Numbered from the stretch's first letter, positions 1 to 14,533 are shown. The stretch: 64,000 nt of DNA from Stegostoma tigrinum (GCF_030684315.1 NC_081380.1:1118379-1182378); one strand, 5' to 3'. Translations and numbers: made by a program. Notes: generated by a model from the sequence alone, not told the origin.

Positions 1-700
1 ACAGTAGAGGCAGCGCTGGAAGTATTAGAATGCATGAAGGTGGATAAATCTCCTGGCCCTGATCAGATATATCCAAGAACCCTGCAAGGGGCTACAGAAG
101 AAACTGTGGTGGCTCTCGCTGATATTTTTGTATCATCGATAGCCATGGGTGAGGTCCCAGAAGACGGGAGGGTAGCAAGTGCTGTGCCTTTATTCAACAA
201 AGGCTGCAAAGAAAAAAAACTGTTCAGATGCATGGTTCTCTGAAAGTAGAGTCTCAGGTAGACAGGGCAGTGAAGGCTTTTGGCACACTGGCCTTCATCA
301 GTTAGAGCACTGAGTATAGATGTTGGCAAGTTGTATAAGACGTTGGTGAGGCCGAACTTGGAGTATGGTGCTCAATTGTGGTCATCTTGCCATGGGAAGG
401 ATGTTGTTAAACTGGAAAACGTGTAGAAGGAATTCACAAGGATATTGCCAGGACTCAAGGGACTGACTTATAGGGACAGGTTGGACAAGCTAGGACATTT
501 TCTTTGCAGCATAGGAGGCTGAGGGGGGATCTTATTGAAGTGTACAAGAGAAGCATGAATAGGGTAATGCACTCAGACTTTTTCCCAGGATTGGGGAATC
601 AAAGACTACAGTGCATCAGTTTAAAGTAAGAGGGGAAAGAATACATGGCAACCTGTGGGGCAACTTCTGTTTTTACACATAGGGTAGTATGTGCTGTAGG
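1..700 (+). mobile_element. CR1 LINE fragment
   Basis: KSPGPDQIYPRTL..GEVPED..VPLFNKG and CR1 C-terminal RT nucleotide motifs. Confidence 0.85.
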
Positions 701-798
701 TCTCTGTGACTCCGTGCTGAGACTCTGTTAGGATGCTGAGTCACTACTGTGTTTGCTTTCACAAAGTTTTTCTTTAGACTGCAGACTCCCGTACTTAC

Positions 799-980
799 TT
801 GTGTGGCCTCAGTAACGGCAGAGAACTGAAGATACTCAGAGTTGCCCCAGCCAAACAGATTCCCATCTTTGGATACGGCTAAACAGAAGTCTCCGTATGT
901 TGCTGTCTGTACAATATTGACTCCAGCAATATCGCCTGTGAGCCTGGTCAATTTACAGGTGACACCATAGTGCCCAAGAC
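799..980 (-). CDS. RCC1L: RCC1L coding exon 7 (gene continues beyond the window start)
   Basis: GLGHYGVTCKLTRLTGDIAGVNIVQTATYGDFCLAVSKDGNLFGWGNSEYLQFSAVTEATQ; ttacttAG / GTAAGT; exons 1-7 sum to 882 nt (294 codons) with no stop. Confidence 0.95.
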
Positions 981-2339
981 CTAAGTAAAGAAGTGAAAGA
1001 GTAGGTTTTGTTGGTTTTCAAATACAAACAATTAACTCTTTATGCAGAGGCAATAACAAGCTTTTTAACAGAAATAGTAGTCATCAAGGCAGAATGCTGA
1101 AGAGGAACTTGTGTACGCTCAGAAATAGCAACAATATTGGAAAGCTTTTGGAGCAGAGGTGTCAAAATTTGCAAATGGAGAACATGTTGTGAAAGTTATC
1201 ATTTAGAGGAATTCGGTTGAAAGAATTACTGAACATTTCTCCAGAACTGACAAGTTACAACCCAAGAAGGTGGGGAGAGGATCTTTCAGATAGAAGTTGG
1301 TCAGTTTGTGATTCTGTTCTTCAGTAAATAGTGATGAGGTCAGAAGTTACAGGCCAATCAGTCTACTGTACAGACTGTAATATGGAATGGGCAAACCAGG
1401 TTGTGTGTGACCACCAAATAGAACACATTGAAGAAAAAGGGAGAAGATGATGAAGGAGGCAGAGTCAATGTGCTGCCAAACCCAATGCTTTTGGGAAGCC
1501 TATCACTTATAAAACATTTATACAAAGACTAATATGAAGTTAAAGAATGAGATAGTTACTATGAAGGATTCTTATCAGATTGAGAAACCGACTCATGGAG
1601 AAACTGGCTGGGGAAACCACCTTTTCCTTTGTGGATCATTCATTGATTCGCTCAAAGTCCAAATCTCCCTTACCCTCTAATTAGGAATATTTTCCTTCAT
1701 GTGATTCATAGGGTGACCCATGTGATAGTAAAACACCTTTTTAGTCGAAAGCCGTTCAAAAGTACGTATTTAAAAGTGATCACCGCATCCTTTTAACCTC
1801 ACTATCAATCATTCCAAAGAAAGACGTAGGTCAGTGGTCACAAACATCACCACAAATACACAAACAGATTTTGACGTGTATCTCAATAATTAAAAGTCAG
1901 GCCCCTATAACTCAGGTTAATACAAGTCATAAGCTGAAGACAGATGACTGGCTTATTGGTTGAATCCAGGCAGAAACTGGCAAATGGACTTGTACAAAAC
2001 TGGAAAATATTTGTGAATAATAGGTAGCTATTAAAATCAGAGTTGATACAATTTCAGCGGCCAACTTTTGAGTGCAACAAGCTGCTGGTTTGCATCCATC
2101 CAATTAAACTTGCCGAACAGACATCACAGCACGGGGAATGATTCAGCCAATAGCTGGCATCTGAGCGCAGCTGGTGGGTTGTGCGCGTACGTGCGTGCGT
2201 GTGCGTGCCTTGACAGCTCCTGCATGACAAACTGCTAAAGGAGGGATTGAGGCAAAATTGGCAACTTGGATCTAAAACAGGCTTCGTGGAAGGAGACAAG
2301 GGTGGAGGAATGTATTACATTACAGGAGGCTTCAAACAG

Positions 2340-4110
2340 CATGTGCAGGTGAGCAGATCAGTGGCAAATGAAACCTAACCCTGATAAATGTGTGGTGATG
2401 CACTTCGGAAGAGGTAACAAGAAAAGGGAGTATCAACTAAATGGCAGGGCACGAGGAAGCTCAGAAGAACAGAGGGTTTGTGGGGTGCTTACCCACAGGT
2501 CTCTGCCAATGGCAGTACAGGTTTAATAGGGTAGTTAGGGTGGCATAGGGGACACTTTATCAGACCTGACATATTTTAAGAGCAGGAACATTATGTTAGA
2601 GCTGTAAGGAACTTTGGTTGGGCTACAGCTGGAGTACTGTATGCAGTTCCCGTCACACCCTAAAAGAAAGATGCGATTGCACTGGAGGGGATGCAGATGA
2701 GATTCACCAGATGTTGCCAAAAATGGAGCATTTCAGCTATGAAGAGGTGGAATAAGCTTCAGTTGTTTTATAGAGTCATACAGCACAGAAACAGACCCTT
2801 CAGTCCAAGTCGTCCATGCTGAACAAACATCACAAACTGAACTAGTCCCAGTTGCCAGCATTTGGCCATATCCCTCTAAACCCCTATATCCAGACAGGTG
2901 CCTTTAAATTTTGTAATTGTAACCACCTTCACCATTTCCTCTGGCAGCTTGTTACTTATAGCCACCACCTCTCCGTGAAAATGTTGCGCCTTATGTCCTT
3001 TTCAAATACTTCCCTTCCCACCTTAAACCTTCTATTTTTGGACTTCTCCAGCTATTTAGCCCATCCATGATCCTCACGATTTTATAAATCTCTATAAAAT
3101 AACCCCTCAGTCTCCGATGCTCCAGGGAATATAGTCCCAGATTATTCAGCCTCTCCCTATTGCTCAAACTCTCCAGTCCCAACTTCCTAAAGAAGTTTGC
3201 TTTAGAGTAAGTTGAGGTTGTACTTGATGGAGGTGTATAAGATAATGAGGGACATGAACAGGGTGGAGCGAAAGCAGCTCTTTCTCTATATCAAAGGGTC
3301 AATAACAAGGGAGCATAACTCTAAAGTGAAATGCAGGAGCTTTAACGGGGTTGTGTGGAAAAAGCTTCTCACCTAGAAGGGGGTCTTTAATTGTTTTTGT
3401 TTAGTACAGCACAGGAACAGGACCTTCTGACTATTACGTTGTGCCAAACATGCCGCCAAATTAAACCAATCCCTTCTGCCTGCCCTTGGTCCATATCCCT
3501 CCATTCCTTGCATATTCATGTGCTTATCTAAATGCCCCTTAAACCTCCCTACTGTATCTGCTTCCACCACCACACTTGGCAACATGTTCCAACACACACT
3601 GTAAAAAAAAACACCCCTCACATTTCCTTTGAACTTTATCCCTCTCAGCTTAGATGCATGCCCTCTAGTATTAGACATTTCCACTCTGCAACTTCTGTCA
3701 GGGAGGGTAGTTGAGGTGGGAAACCTCACAACCTTTAAAAGATAATTGGAATTTCATAATATTCAAAGCCTAGAGCAGCAAAGTGGGTCTAGTGTAGGTG
3801 GCAGCGTATTTTTTGGCTGTACAGCCAAAGGATATCTTCTGTACTGTATGATTCTATGTGGGCAGATGATGAGATGACCCAAAGATTGCCTGGGTGGTAG
3901 ACAATGAAGAGGAAGGTCCTTAGGTTACAGGAGGGCATAAACTGATTAGTCAGATGGAAATTAACCTGGACCAGTGTGAATTGACGCACTTTGGAAGAAA
4001 GAACAAGACAAGGGAGTACTCGATGAATTGCAGAACACTAGCATGCTAGGAGGAACAGTGATCAGAGGGATTTACGGGGTGCTAGTCCACACATCCGTAA
4101 AGGTGGCAGG
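2340..4110. mobile_element. Cluster of nested CR1 3' fragments on both strands
   Basis: LGLYSLEHRRLRG and TRGHASKLRG..FKGNVRG peptides; CR1 3'-end motifs. Confidence 0.8.
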
Positions 4111-4270
4111 TTATATATTTTTTTAGAATTATTGTTCATTCACAGGACATGGACACCTGGAGAAACTTAGCAGGTCTGGCAGTGTGGAGAGAAATCAGTG
4201 TTAATATTTCAAGTCCAGTGACACTTCTAAAAGCGGTTTGAGTTTCTCCCAACTGTTTTTTTAAAAGATA

Positions 4271-4413
4271 ATGGGAACTGCAGATGCTGGAGAATTCCAA
4301 GATAATAAAATGTGAGGCTGGATGAAGGGTCTAGGCCCGAAACGTCAGCTTTTGTGCTCCTGAGATGCTGCTTGGCCTGCTGTGTTCATCCAGCCTCACA
4401 TTTTATTATCTTG
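4271..4413. mobile_element. Fold-back remnant of a second Penelope-type family
   Basis: Perfect 29-bp inverted arms (4298-4326 / 4385-4413) enclosing GATGAAGGGTCTAGGCCCGAAACGTC, a hammerhead-like core. Confidence 0.7.
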
Positions 4414-4429
4414 TTTTTTTTTAAACCCT

Positions 4430-6900
4430 GTTTCTGTCCTTAACTTTCTTGGTTAACCATAATTGATTTATCTGCTTCCTAAAATCCTACATTCTTGCTG
4501 AGTTGGTTATTCCATTTCCTAGAATCCCCCTTCCTCACTGAGATGGACCTTTATTGTGAGTCATAAACTTCTATTTGAAACATCTACCATTGTTCATCAA
4601 TTGTGCCTTCTGCTAAACTCCTTTCCCTGTCCATTCTAGCCAACTCTGCCCTCATTTAAGCTTGGCAAGTTATTTCTAAACCAAGTCTCTCAAACTGAAT
4701 GCGAAATTCTAATATGTTATGGTCTTTGGCTCCTAGTGGATCTTTTATTCTGTAATCATTTATTAAACCTGCCTCTTACACCTAACCAAATCCAAAACAG
4801 CCTGATCACTTGCTGGTCCACAGCATATGGTTCCAGGAAACAATCCAGAAGGCATTCTTTGAATTCTTCCTCATGACCACGTATGCCAAACTGATTTCCC
4901 AATTGACATGAAAACTGAGGTTACCAGTGATTAATCATGCTTTTTTTGCACGACTTGATTATTTCCTAGTAATTTATCCTACAGAACCTAAACGGATTCA
5001 ATTATCATCTGATCATAGATAATTTCTTGTAACTATTTCAATCTCCTACTAACAGCACGTTACCATCCCTCTTTTCTGCCCATGCTTTCAAAAGGTCAAA
5101 TACCCCTGAATATTTAGTTCACAGGTTCGATCTCTGCCATGGCTTAAAAAAACCATATCTGTTAATCTCTGTTTGAGTCATTCACTTATTTTGTTCTAAA
5201 TATTACGTACATGTAGGAGGAGAGCCATTAATTTTGCCTTTTTAATCCTTGCTTCACCGTTAGCCCTATTTGTTCCTGCTTCTTAAAGCTTTCTGTACAG
5301 CCGAACTGATGAGCATTTGATAAGGTGTCACATAAAAGGTTATCAATAGAAGAGAACAGCTCATGAGGTTGGAGGTAACAATATTAGCATGGATAGAGGA
5401 TTGGCTAACTAACAGTAAACAGAGAGGGTATAAACAGATCATATTCAGATTTGCAAATTGTAACTGGTACAGTGTTGCCATGATCCATACTGGGGCAACA
5501 CTCATCTCCTTTTGAAATCAACAGATATAGAGAATGTTTGCAGGACCACAACTAGAGATCTGAGTACAGTCTTTTCAAGCCTCTCATTAAAGGAAGGACT
5601 TACTCGCACCGGAGGCACACCGTAGGGGTTTCAGTTATGTCATTTCCTGGGATGAAGGGGTTTTGTTGTGAGGGAATGGTGTGAGCAGTTTGGACAAGTT
5701 AAAATCAGTTAGGAAGCCGATCATTTGGCACAACAAGTCCACAACCCTCTGAGCAGCATCCCACCCAATACAACTCCCTACCCTATCCCTGTAAGCCTGC
5801 ATTTCCAAGGCTAATCCACCCAGACTGCATATCCTGGACACTATGGGCAATTTAGCATGGCCAATCTGCCTAACCTGCACTTCTTTGGACAGTGGGAGGA
5901 AACTAGAGCATCGAGAGGAAATCGACACAAACAGAGGGAGAATGTGCAAACTTTACACAGACAATTGCCAAAGGGTGGAATCGAAGCCAGGTCCCTAGCA
6001 CTGTGAGGCAGCAATGCTAACCACTGAATGGCTGTACCACCCCTAACATTGGATTAATACTGATATTTAGAAGAATGAGAGGCGATCCCAGTGTATGATT
6101 CTGAAATTTGAAAGGCTTCTGAAAAAGATTTACAAGGGTTTGCCAGGGTTGGAAGGTTTGAGCTATAGGGAGAGGCTGTTTTGCCAGGATGGGGCTATTT
6201 TCCCAGGAGTGTCAGAGGCTAAGAGGTGACTTCATAGAAATTTATAAATATCATGATGGGTATGGATAGATTGAATAGTCAAGGTGTTTCCCCCAGGGTG
6301 TGGGAATCCAAAACTAGATAGCATGGGTTTAAGGTGAGAGGGGAAAGATTGAAAAGAAACCTAAGGAGTCACTTTTCACACTGAGGTTGGTGCATTTACT
6401 GAATGAGATGACAGAGGAGGAGGAGGAAGCTGGTGCAATTACAACATTTAGAAGGCATCTTGGTGACTTTGTGAATTTGAAGGTTTTAGAGGGATACAGG
6501 CCAAATGCTAGCTAATGGGATTAGATTAATTTAGCATATTTGGTTGGCTTGGATGAGTTGGACTGAAGGTCTGTTTCCATAGAGTACGTCTCTATGAGTC
6601 TATGAGTGGGGCTGGCAGGATTCGTGTTGAGGGATAGTTCTCCTCATGGGAGAATGTAGAACTAGGGTCACAGTTTCAGAAGAAAGTTTGCTCATTGAGG
6701 CAGCAATAAGAAGGAATTTCATCATTCAGAGGATCTCTGAGAATTTGTGGAACTCTGGGTCATTGCATTTATTAAAAAGGTAGAGGTGGACTGATATTTG
6801 AACTGTACAGGAAAGGAGGATTATTGAGAACAGTCAAAAACAAGGAGTTGATTCCAAGGTTAGAAAAGTCATAATCATATTAAATGGTGGAACAGGCTTC
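4430..6900. mobile_element. Old CR1 fragments interrupted by a SINE
   Basis: Degenerate CR1 RT and 3'-end nucleotide motifs (gaggctaagaggtgac, gggaaagatt..aaaag). Confidence 0.65.
5700..6043 (-). mobile_element. tRNA-derived V-SINE (HE1-like)
   Basis: A/B-box head (cagtggttagc, gcttcgattcc), V-domain gtttgcacattctcc. Confidence 0.85.
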
Positions 6901-8093
6901 AAAGACTCACTTCTACAAACTCGAAGTACTGCAAACACATGGGAAGATTGCCCCAGAGCTGACTGCTGAAGAAAATATCTGGAATTCTAAATTGTACTCC
7001 TGTGATCCTGTGAATCCTATAATCTGTGAAGGTAGTGAGCTGCATATTGTTTGGGGTGTGGAGCTAACTCACTGGTCTGAAACGGCTTTTTCTCATCCTC
7101 CCCAATTTGTGTTAATCAGGTCACAGGATGTTCTGCTGTATCAAGTAGCCAGTCAATCTTCCTTTTACATCCTTTCAGACGGTACATTCCAGATCTCAAC
7201 TCATTGTGTGAAAGCAATCTTCCTCACTTCATCTCCTCCTGTCTTACCAATTGTCTTAAATCTGAGTACTCTGATACTAGGTGGAAATAGCTCCTCCTTA
7301 CCTACTTTAACCAAACCATGAGAGATTTTGGATGTCTCAATTAAGCTACTCTAAAGAGATCAATCCCAGCTTCTCCAATTTTTTTCACATAACTACATCC
7401 CTCTCTCTCTTACAATATATTTTAAATATACTACATATTACACTGTCTGCACTATAAAACCTGCAAGTCACATAAGGAGATACTGGGACAGAAGACCAAA
7501 AGCATAAAGAAAGATGGTTTGAAGGAGTAGGGTAAAGAAGCAAAGTGAGGTAGAGGTGAGAAACAAATATAGGGAGGGAATTTCAGAGCTTGGGACCTAC
7601 TTGATGGCCCAATCGTCAACGGTGCAGCTCTTAAAATACTCAAAAGGTGAGAATCAGAGGAGCGTAGAGACCTCAGGGCTTGCAGAGTTAAGAGAAAATG
7701 CAGATATAGGGAGGGCTAAGGTCGTAGAAGGATTTAGAAACAAGGATAAACGTCTTTAAATCAAGAATATTATTCTAATAAAACTCTTCCACATTCTTGA
7801 AGATCCTGACATCCTTCCTAATGTATGCTGCCTGGATATGGAGAAAATTAGAGCCTAACCAGTGTTTTATAAAGAACCACCGTTACTTCACTGTTTTTGC
7901 ATTTTATTGCTCTGTTGTTAAAGCCTATAATCCCTTCAGCTTTGAAGCAGCCTCATCAACTTGTTCTGCCACCAGAAGTCTGTCGACAAACTAATGAATA
8001 ATTAATTCTACAAAACTATCACAAGCTTCTAAGCTGAATCCTGAAAGGAGAAGTTGCTGAAGAACTGAAGAAACTGTTATCAGACCCCTTTAC

Positions 8094-8178
8094 CTGTTTG
8101 TCCGTCAGCTCCCCAGCCACAGGAATAGATCTCGCCCTTCTCTGTTCTGAAGAGACTGTGATCCTGTCCGCATGTAAC
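8094..8178 (-). CDS. RCC1L: RCC1L coding exon 6
   Basis: VTCGQDHSLFRTEKGEIYSCGWGADGQT(G); tttttcAG / GTAAAG; 85 nt. Confidence 0.95.
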
Positions 8179-9999
8179 CTGAAAAACAGTAACAGCACGC
8201 TGATGGTGTGAATAGCTTCCAAGCTAGAAGCAATGCTTATCAAACCACATCAAAATTTCTGTATTATACAATACATATTACTACATTATATTACACAAAC
8301 AAACAATATCTAAAGAATAAAATTTTTAAACATTTAAAGTTTTTTTTTTGAATTTTGCTACTTTTACTTGTAGTTCCATTTTAATTTTAAATTTTTTTGG
8401 CTTCTTACTCCAGATCTTGTAATTGGTCACATCAGAGACGCTTAGTTCTCTAATTTTTTCAATTAATTCACAAGATGAGTGCATCACCCTAAAGTCAACC
8501 ATTTAGTGCCTAAGCCTACGTGCCCTCGAGAATGAGATACAAAGCCACCTAACAGAACCACCACCTCTGCCAATATATTCCCAGGGAATTTACAGGAACT
8601 GGTGTTTCCTTGTTCACTACCCTCATTTTGTTAAATGATAGAGGACATGGGTTTGAAGATTGCACCATCAATGGGTGATGGGTTTCTTACAGAGTAACGA
8701 GGATTACAAAAATATTTCTTTAGCTGTTACACTTCCATATGCTTTTTAATTTACTGCAGCAATTCACAACTCAGCTTTAATTGTCAGATAAAGTCAATGA
8801 AAACAGATGACAAAAGATACTTGCTGACTAAAATGCTTGCTCCTTATTTTCACAGTTCTTGAGAATCAATTACACTGTACAAACTTGTACTGTAAGCATT
8901 TAGAATGAGCACTCATACGTAAAGGTTGTCTATCAAAATGCCACTTCAGTTTTCCCACTGCTCCGGACATGTGTTATTTTTCTTTAAACTACCTTTGATA
9001 AATGAGCAGGAGATCAAATCTGAGTGTCTGCCAGTTTTTGTCATTTTCTAACTAAATTACCAGAAGTGGTAAAGACAACCATGCAAAACCAACCTCTAAT
9101 GGCTGTCAGTAGAACTTAACCCTGCATCAGGAATCCCTACTGAATACCTATCATCCATCACGTATCCTGAAAACACTGCCCTTTTCGTGATTGAACGTTG
9201 CATGAGATTTATCCCAACTCCAGCAAATTTGTTCATTTGTTAACAAAACGAACGCACAGCCTGATGTTTATGCATAGATAAAGTGAGATTTTAATGTTAA
9301 TATTTTGAGTTAAATACAACTGCTTCCTTTAGCCTTCAGTTGCCCAGTGACATCCCAACTCAATGCTACTGGTCTGAACTACCTCACCCCAATTTCTCTG
9401 ACACACCAATCATTTGGGAATAACAGGATGCCATTCAGCCCTGAGCTTGTTTCATCTTTCAGTTAGAAGGTGATTGATTTGTACAATTCAATGGTCCTTG
9501 TCAATCAAAAAAAATCAAACTTTCAATACTTTCAGTCGACATTAAGTGCAACAGCTTCGTAGATTGTTCGTTTCACTAGCTTATGTTTGAATAAATACTT
9601 TTTGGAATCATCCTTGAACAGTTAGGCTCTTTTTTTGAGGTTATATCATTGTTATAAATCTCTTCAACCAGAGAAAGTAATTTTCATCTGTCTACAAATT
9701 CAATTCCTTTGGACATTCTGTATACAGTAAATATATTACCTCATTCGCTGTATTCAAAGGAATACAAACCTAGATGATACAACCTGTCATCATAATACGG
9801 GCAGTATTCTGGTGAATCTGTGTCATTGACACACAGAAAAATGGAAAATGTCACACTCTCTTGTGAGAGCACTTTTCCTGTGTTTTAGTGCAGGACTCCA
9901 GATGGGGTTACTGCTGGTACATAACTATCAACTTTGTTGATTAACCATTAGACTCCTCAAAGAGTCCACCTTAAGTAATGGGGTAGCCTAGAACATAAT

Positions 10000-11556
10000 T
10001 GCAAAAGATAAGGCAACAACTTTCAGTGGATCTCAGCCTCGAGAGGACACCAAGGTAATTATTGCCAGTTTTCAGCCAATTCAATTCACTCAAGCTCATA
10101 TCAAGAAATACCAGAAAGGTCTAGATACTTCAAATACTACGGGCCCAGACAATGTTTTGGCAACAGTACTGACAACTTGTGCTCCAGATCTTGCTATGCC
10201 ACTGGTTAAGCTGTTCCAGTACCGATACAACACTGCCATCTACCCAAACAATGTGGAAAAGTGCCCAGGTACATCCTGTACACTAAAACCCGGACAAATC
10301 CAACCTGGCCAGTTACCACCCCATCAGTCTACTCTCGGTTATCAGTAAAATGATGGAAGGTGTCATCAAGTAGCACCTACTCTTAATACCATGCTCAGTG
10401 ACGTTCAGTTTGGGTTCTGCCAGGGCCGCTCAGCTCCTCTCCTCATTACTGCTTTGGGTCAAACATGGAAACAAAAGAGCTGAATCCCAGAGGTGAGCTG
10501 ACAGCCTTTGACAATAAGGTTACATTTGACTAAGTATGATATTAAGGAGCCCTGGTAAAACTCAAATCAACAGGATATGTGTGAAAACTCTCCACTGACA
10601 TGAATATACTTGGCACGTAGGAAGATGGTTGTGTTTTTGGAGATCAGTGATCTCAGCTGCAGGACATCTCCGTAGAGTTCCTCAGGGCTATAACCTAGGC
10701 CCAACCATTTCCAGCTGCTTCAATGACCAGCGCCATTTGCGATTCCTGGAGTTGTCCACACTGAAATACAGCAAGGCCTGGTTTGGACTGACAATTGGCA
10801 AGCAACATTCATGCCACACAATGTCATGCAATAACTGTTTCCAACAAGAGAGAATATAACCATCGCCTCTCGCCATTCAGTGGCATTACCATCACTGATT
10901 TCCCCCACTATTAACATTCTGACAGTTACAATTGATCAGAAACTGAATCTGACAAGCCATATAAATATTGTGGTTGCAACAACAGATTACAGGCTAGTAT
11001 TCCTGCAGAAGATAACTCCTGACTCAAGGCCTGACTACCATCTACAGGTCTTAAGTCAGGAGTGTGACAGAATACACCCCGCTTTCCTGGGATGACTGCA
11101 GTTCCAACAACATTCAAGAAGCTTGACACCGCCAGGACAAAGTAACCTGCTTGACTGTTTCACAGCTGTGGTACCATGCACTCCCTTTACCACTAACACT
11201 CTTAAGCAGCTGTGTGCACCATCTACAAAATGAACTGCAGAAATTCTTCAAGGCACCTCCAACAGTACTTTCCAACATCACTGCCATTGAGAAGGGCAAG
11301 GGCAGCAGGTACATGGGAATACCAACTACTGCATGTTCCTCTCCAAGCCGGTCAGCAACCTGACGTGGAAATATACCACTGTTTCTTTACTGTCGCAGGA
11401 TGAAAATCCTGGAACCCCCTCTCTAATGGCACTGTGGCTTCACCCACATCAAATGTACAAGTGGTTCAAGGACACAGTTCTTAAGAGCAACTCGGAATGG
11501 GCAATAAATGCTGCCTCAGTCAGCAATACCTACATCCCATGAATCAATAAGAAAAA
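10000..11556 (+). mobile_element. Degraded non-LTR retrotransposon (L2/CR1 group), 3' part
   Basis: VLTTCAPDLAMPLVKLFQY and VPQG..LGPT remnants; 3' end gggcaataaatgctg...cccatgaatcaataagaaaaa. Confidence 0.75.
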
Positions 11557-13147
11557 GGCTTAAAAGGTGACGAAGGTAAGACAAAGTCAGTACATGAGAC
11601 ACAGAGATGGCTCCATGTTCAGCAAAGCTGCTTTTAGCTAAAGGCAACTGAACTATATTTGGGGCTCAAGGAAGTCCTACTGTAGTTCATGATCTCCATG
11701 CAATGAGGGCTCCAAGAAATCAAGAGAGCTGTGCTTGGTACAACTGAGTTAGGTTAGTGTTTGGTCTAATACTGGCTTGGTTAAGCTCAGTATTTGTGAA
11801 AAGCTGTTGTGGCTGTTAAGTGCTGAACTGCAGTTTCCAAAACCAGGCAGTGTAGTCTCCAGAAAGGGCAGTACACAACCAGAGTGTGAGAGCACTCATT
11901 AAGACAATTCATGATGAAGTGGCTTTTGATCAAATTTCAAGGTCAGTTCATGAAAAGTGAAAAATCATCATCTCATGAAACTTTCATGAGATTTGAAACA
12001 AAAACAGAAATTTCTGGAAAAACTCAGTTCTATAGAGTCACTGGATCCAAAAATATTAATTCTGCTTTCTGCCAACAAATGCTGCCAGTCGTGCTCCAGC
12101 AATTTCTGCTTTTGTTTCAGATTTCTTAAATAAGATATAGTGACAGGAGTTGAGTGGAAGGATGCTGAGAAATTTGTGAGATTTGTTTAACTACACTTAC
12201 TATTTAATGTGGTCTGTTGACACTTGACCATCTGATACTATATTTGCCTTATGTTAAGTTTGGATTGTTAGAATATAACTCTACTATGAACAATCTAAAC
12301 CTGAATGTCAATAATCTTTGTATGTCTGTTAAGTCTGATTTGTAACAAACTAGTTATTCTTTGTTAAGCCAGGCTGAATTGTCTAATACTAAACCGGATA
12401 CAGTCTAAAACCTATTTAATTGGCTTAGTTTTAATGTGTGTTCAATTCCCACCAAAACTGCGGTGACCCTCAAGTTAAACCACCACCAGTCGTCTCTCTA
12501 AAATGAGAGCAACCCTAAAGTCCAGTTGGATTATGGCAACTTTAACGTTATCCATAATAAATTTTAAAATTTGGTTTGGCTAGTAGAGAACTGGGAGTGG
12601 AAAGAAATGAGTGCACACCTCCAATCTCAGTCGTAACAAGAAAAAGAAAAGATAATAAGTGGCTCAAACTCCATCAAATTATAGCTTTATAAATATTTTA
12701 TGAGTTGTCTGAAGAAGCTGCGCATGGGAATGAATTGCAGCAGGGGTGGGGGGAAAATATAGGGATGCAACAAAGTCTCCAATTTAATTAGAGAAATGGA
12801 CGAAACCTTGTATTCCAGACTGACTCATATGGTACTGAAAAGAGCGTGAACCAAGTCCTGGGAATAATCATCAGGATTAACAAATTGCCACTGAAAAGGA
12901 GCTGCCAGTGCTGCTCAAGTGAACAAACTGCAGTGTATTTAATTTGAATGTGTATCCTGAATCCTCATTCTGCTTGCCATTCAGAAGTGAAGTCTTCTAA
13001 CAATGCACTGAGTCAAGCAGGAGATGGAACTGTGAACACAATTGCACGAGTTTGCCACTGAATAAAAAGAACCATTGCCTGTTTCAAAGTATTCCTCCTG
13101 TGATCTTTCACAATCAATTGGGACTTTCTAACAAATTTAGACCTTAC

Positions 13148-13199
13148 CTCAACAATTTTGTCATCTAAATCTTCAATTCGGTGAATAATTTGGCTGCCA
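13148..13199 (-). CDS. RCC1L: RCC1L coding exon 5
   Basis: (S)GSQIIHRIEDLDDKIVE; tttttccAG / GTAAGG; 52 nt restores the frame. Confidence 0.9.
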
Positions 13200-14533
13200 C
13201 TGGAAAAATAACAAATATCATGGTAAGTAAACTAGAGTCACAACACACGTACAGTTAAAGACTGATCTGCACTTTAGACCAAGCTGTGCGGCCATAACAC
13301 AGGGCAAAAGGTCCTGACTAAGAGACAGCGAGACCCCTTGGAACAGGTAAATGCACGGGCAGAATGGGGCAACATATTGCACGTTGATGTCTCTGCCAAT
13401 TGCATCATCAATCAGTCACATCTTCGTGCACTTTCACAGATTATTTTAATACAATTGTGCAGTAAGAATATAGCTGAAGAATGTTTTCTGCAGAAAGGAT
13501 GAGAGGGCCATTTTCATTGATCAACATTGAATTAAAGTATTAACAGTAGGACTGCAGGTACGAATCATGCACATGTTTGGGTTGTGTTTCATGGCTGATG
13601 CAGGGAACTCCAGAATTTGATGAAGCAATTGGTTCCTTGAAGGTTGGAGGTGTGACCAGAGTTGGAACTACTGACTGGAAGATTACCGGTGGTAGAAAAT
13701 AGAATATTCAGAATGAGAAATGACAGATTATTTCTTCAATCTCCAAATTTATCTCCCAAAGACATTCTTCAACCAGCTCCCAGAAACACAACACATCCAT
13801 TTTGTTCTCACTGATAATCCTCCATTTCCCTGTTCCAAAAGCACACACATACTGGCCTCCTCCCACCACTATTCTTTCAGCACTCATTGCTCCCATTCAT
13901 ACTGACAAACTCTACAACTTTCATAAGTAACCTCACTCCTCCATTATTGGTCAGGCTTTCCTGCCAAATCGAATCCCCAATCACTTCAATGTCCCAGCCA
14001 GTCAAATCTAACTGAGTCTCTAATTCATCCTCTGTACACCTTAATATCTTACTCTCAGCCTCTTGTTCATTTCCGATGTCCTTTAGCAATCTCTTTCATT
14101 TCCTTTAGGGCCTTACAGGCACAAACATATCACGCTGAAAAAAAAATCACAATTTTGACCATCCTCTACATAAAAAGTGTTTATAACCTACCTATTAAAT
14201 CCTAATTTACATTTCCTATCATGCCAAGCTGTAGATAGGCTGTTCACCTTAACAAAGTCCCAAGATATGCATGCGGGCCCCCATTACTTTCCCACGCTTT
14301 GTAAAAAGCCTAACTTTTGATTGCCTTTTTAATTATACCACTTAAATCCTAGCACTGCCCAGGGTATCTATGATGGACTGTTATCATTAAAAGGGACCTC
14401 TTCACTTACACTCTCCTGAGAGATTTTCTGTTTATCACTATTTGTTACTATTTAACTAAAGTTCAGCTGACTGCTGACCCTTACCCAGTCAGGTTTCATT
14501 TTAGATCTGAGTAAGGGCTAAAAGGTAGCTTAC

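Noticed and set aside
6884-7321. 145-aa ORF in RCC1L intron 6
   Set aside because: Spans CR1 remnants; no recognisable domain or splice support
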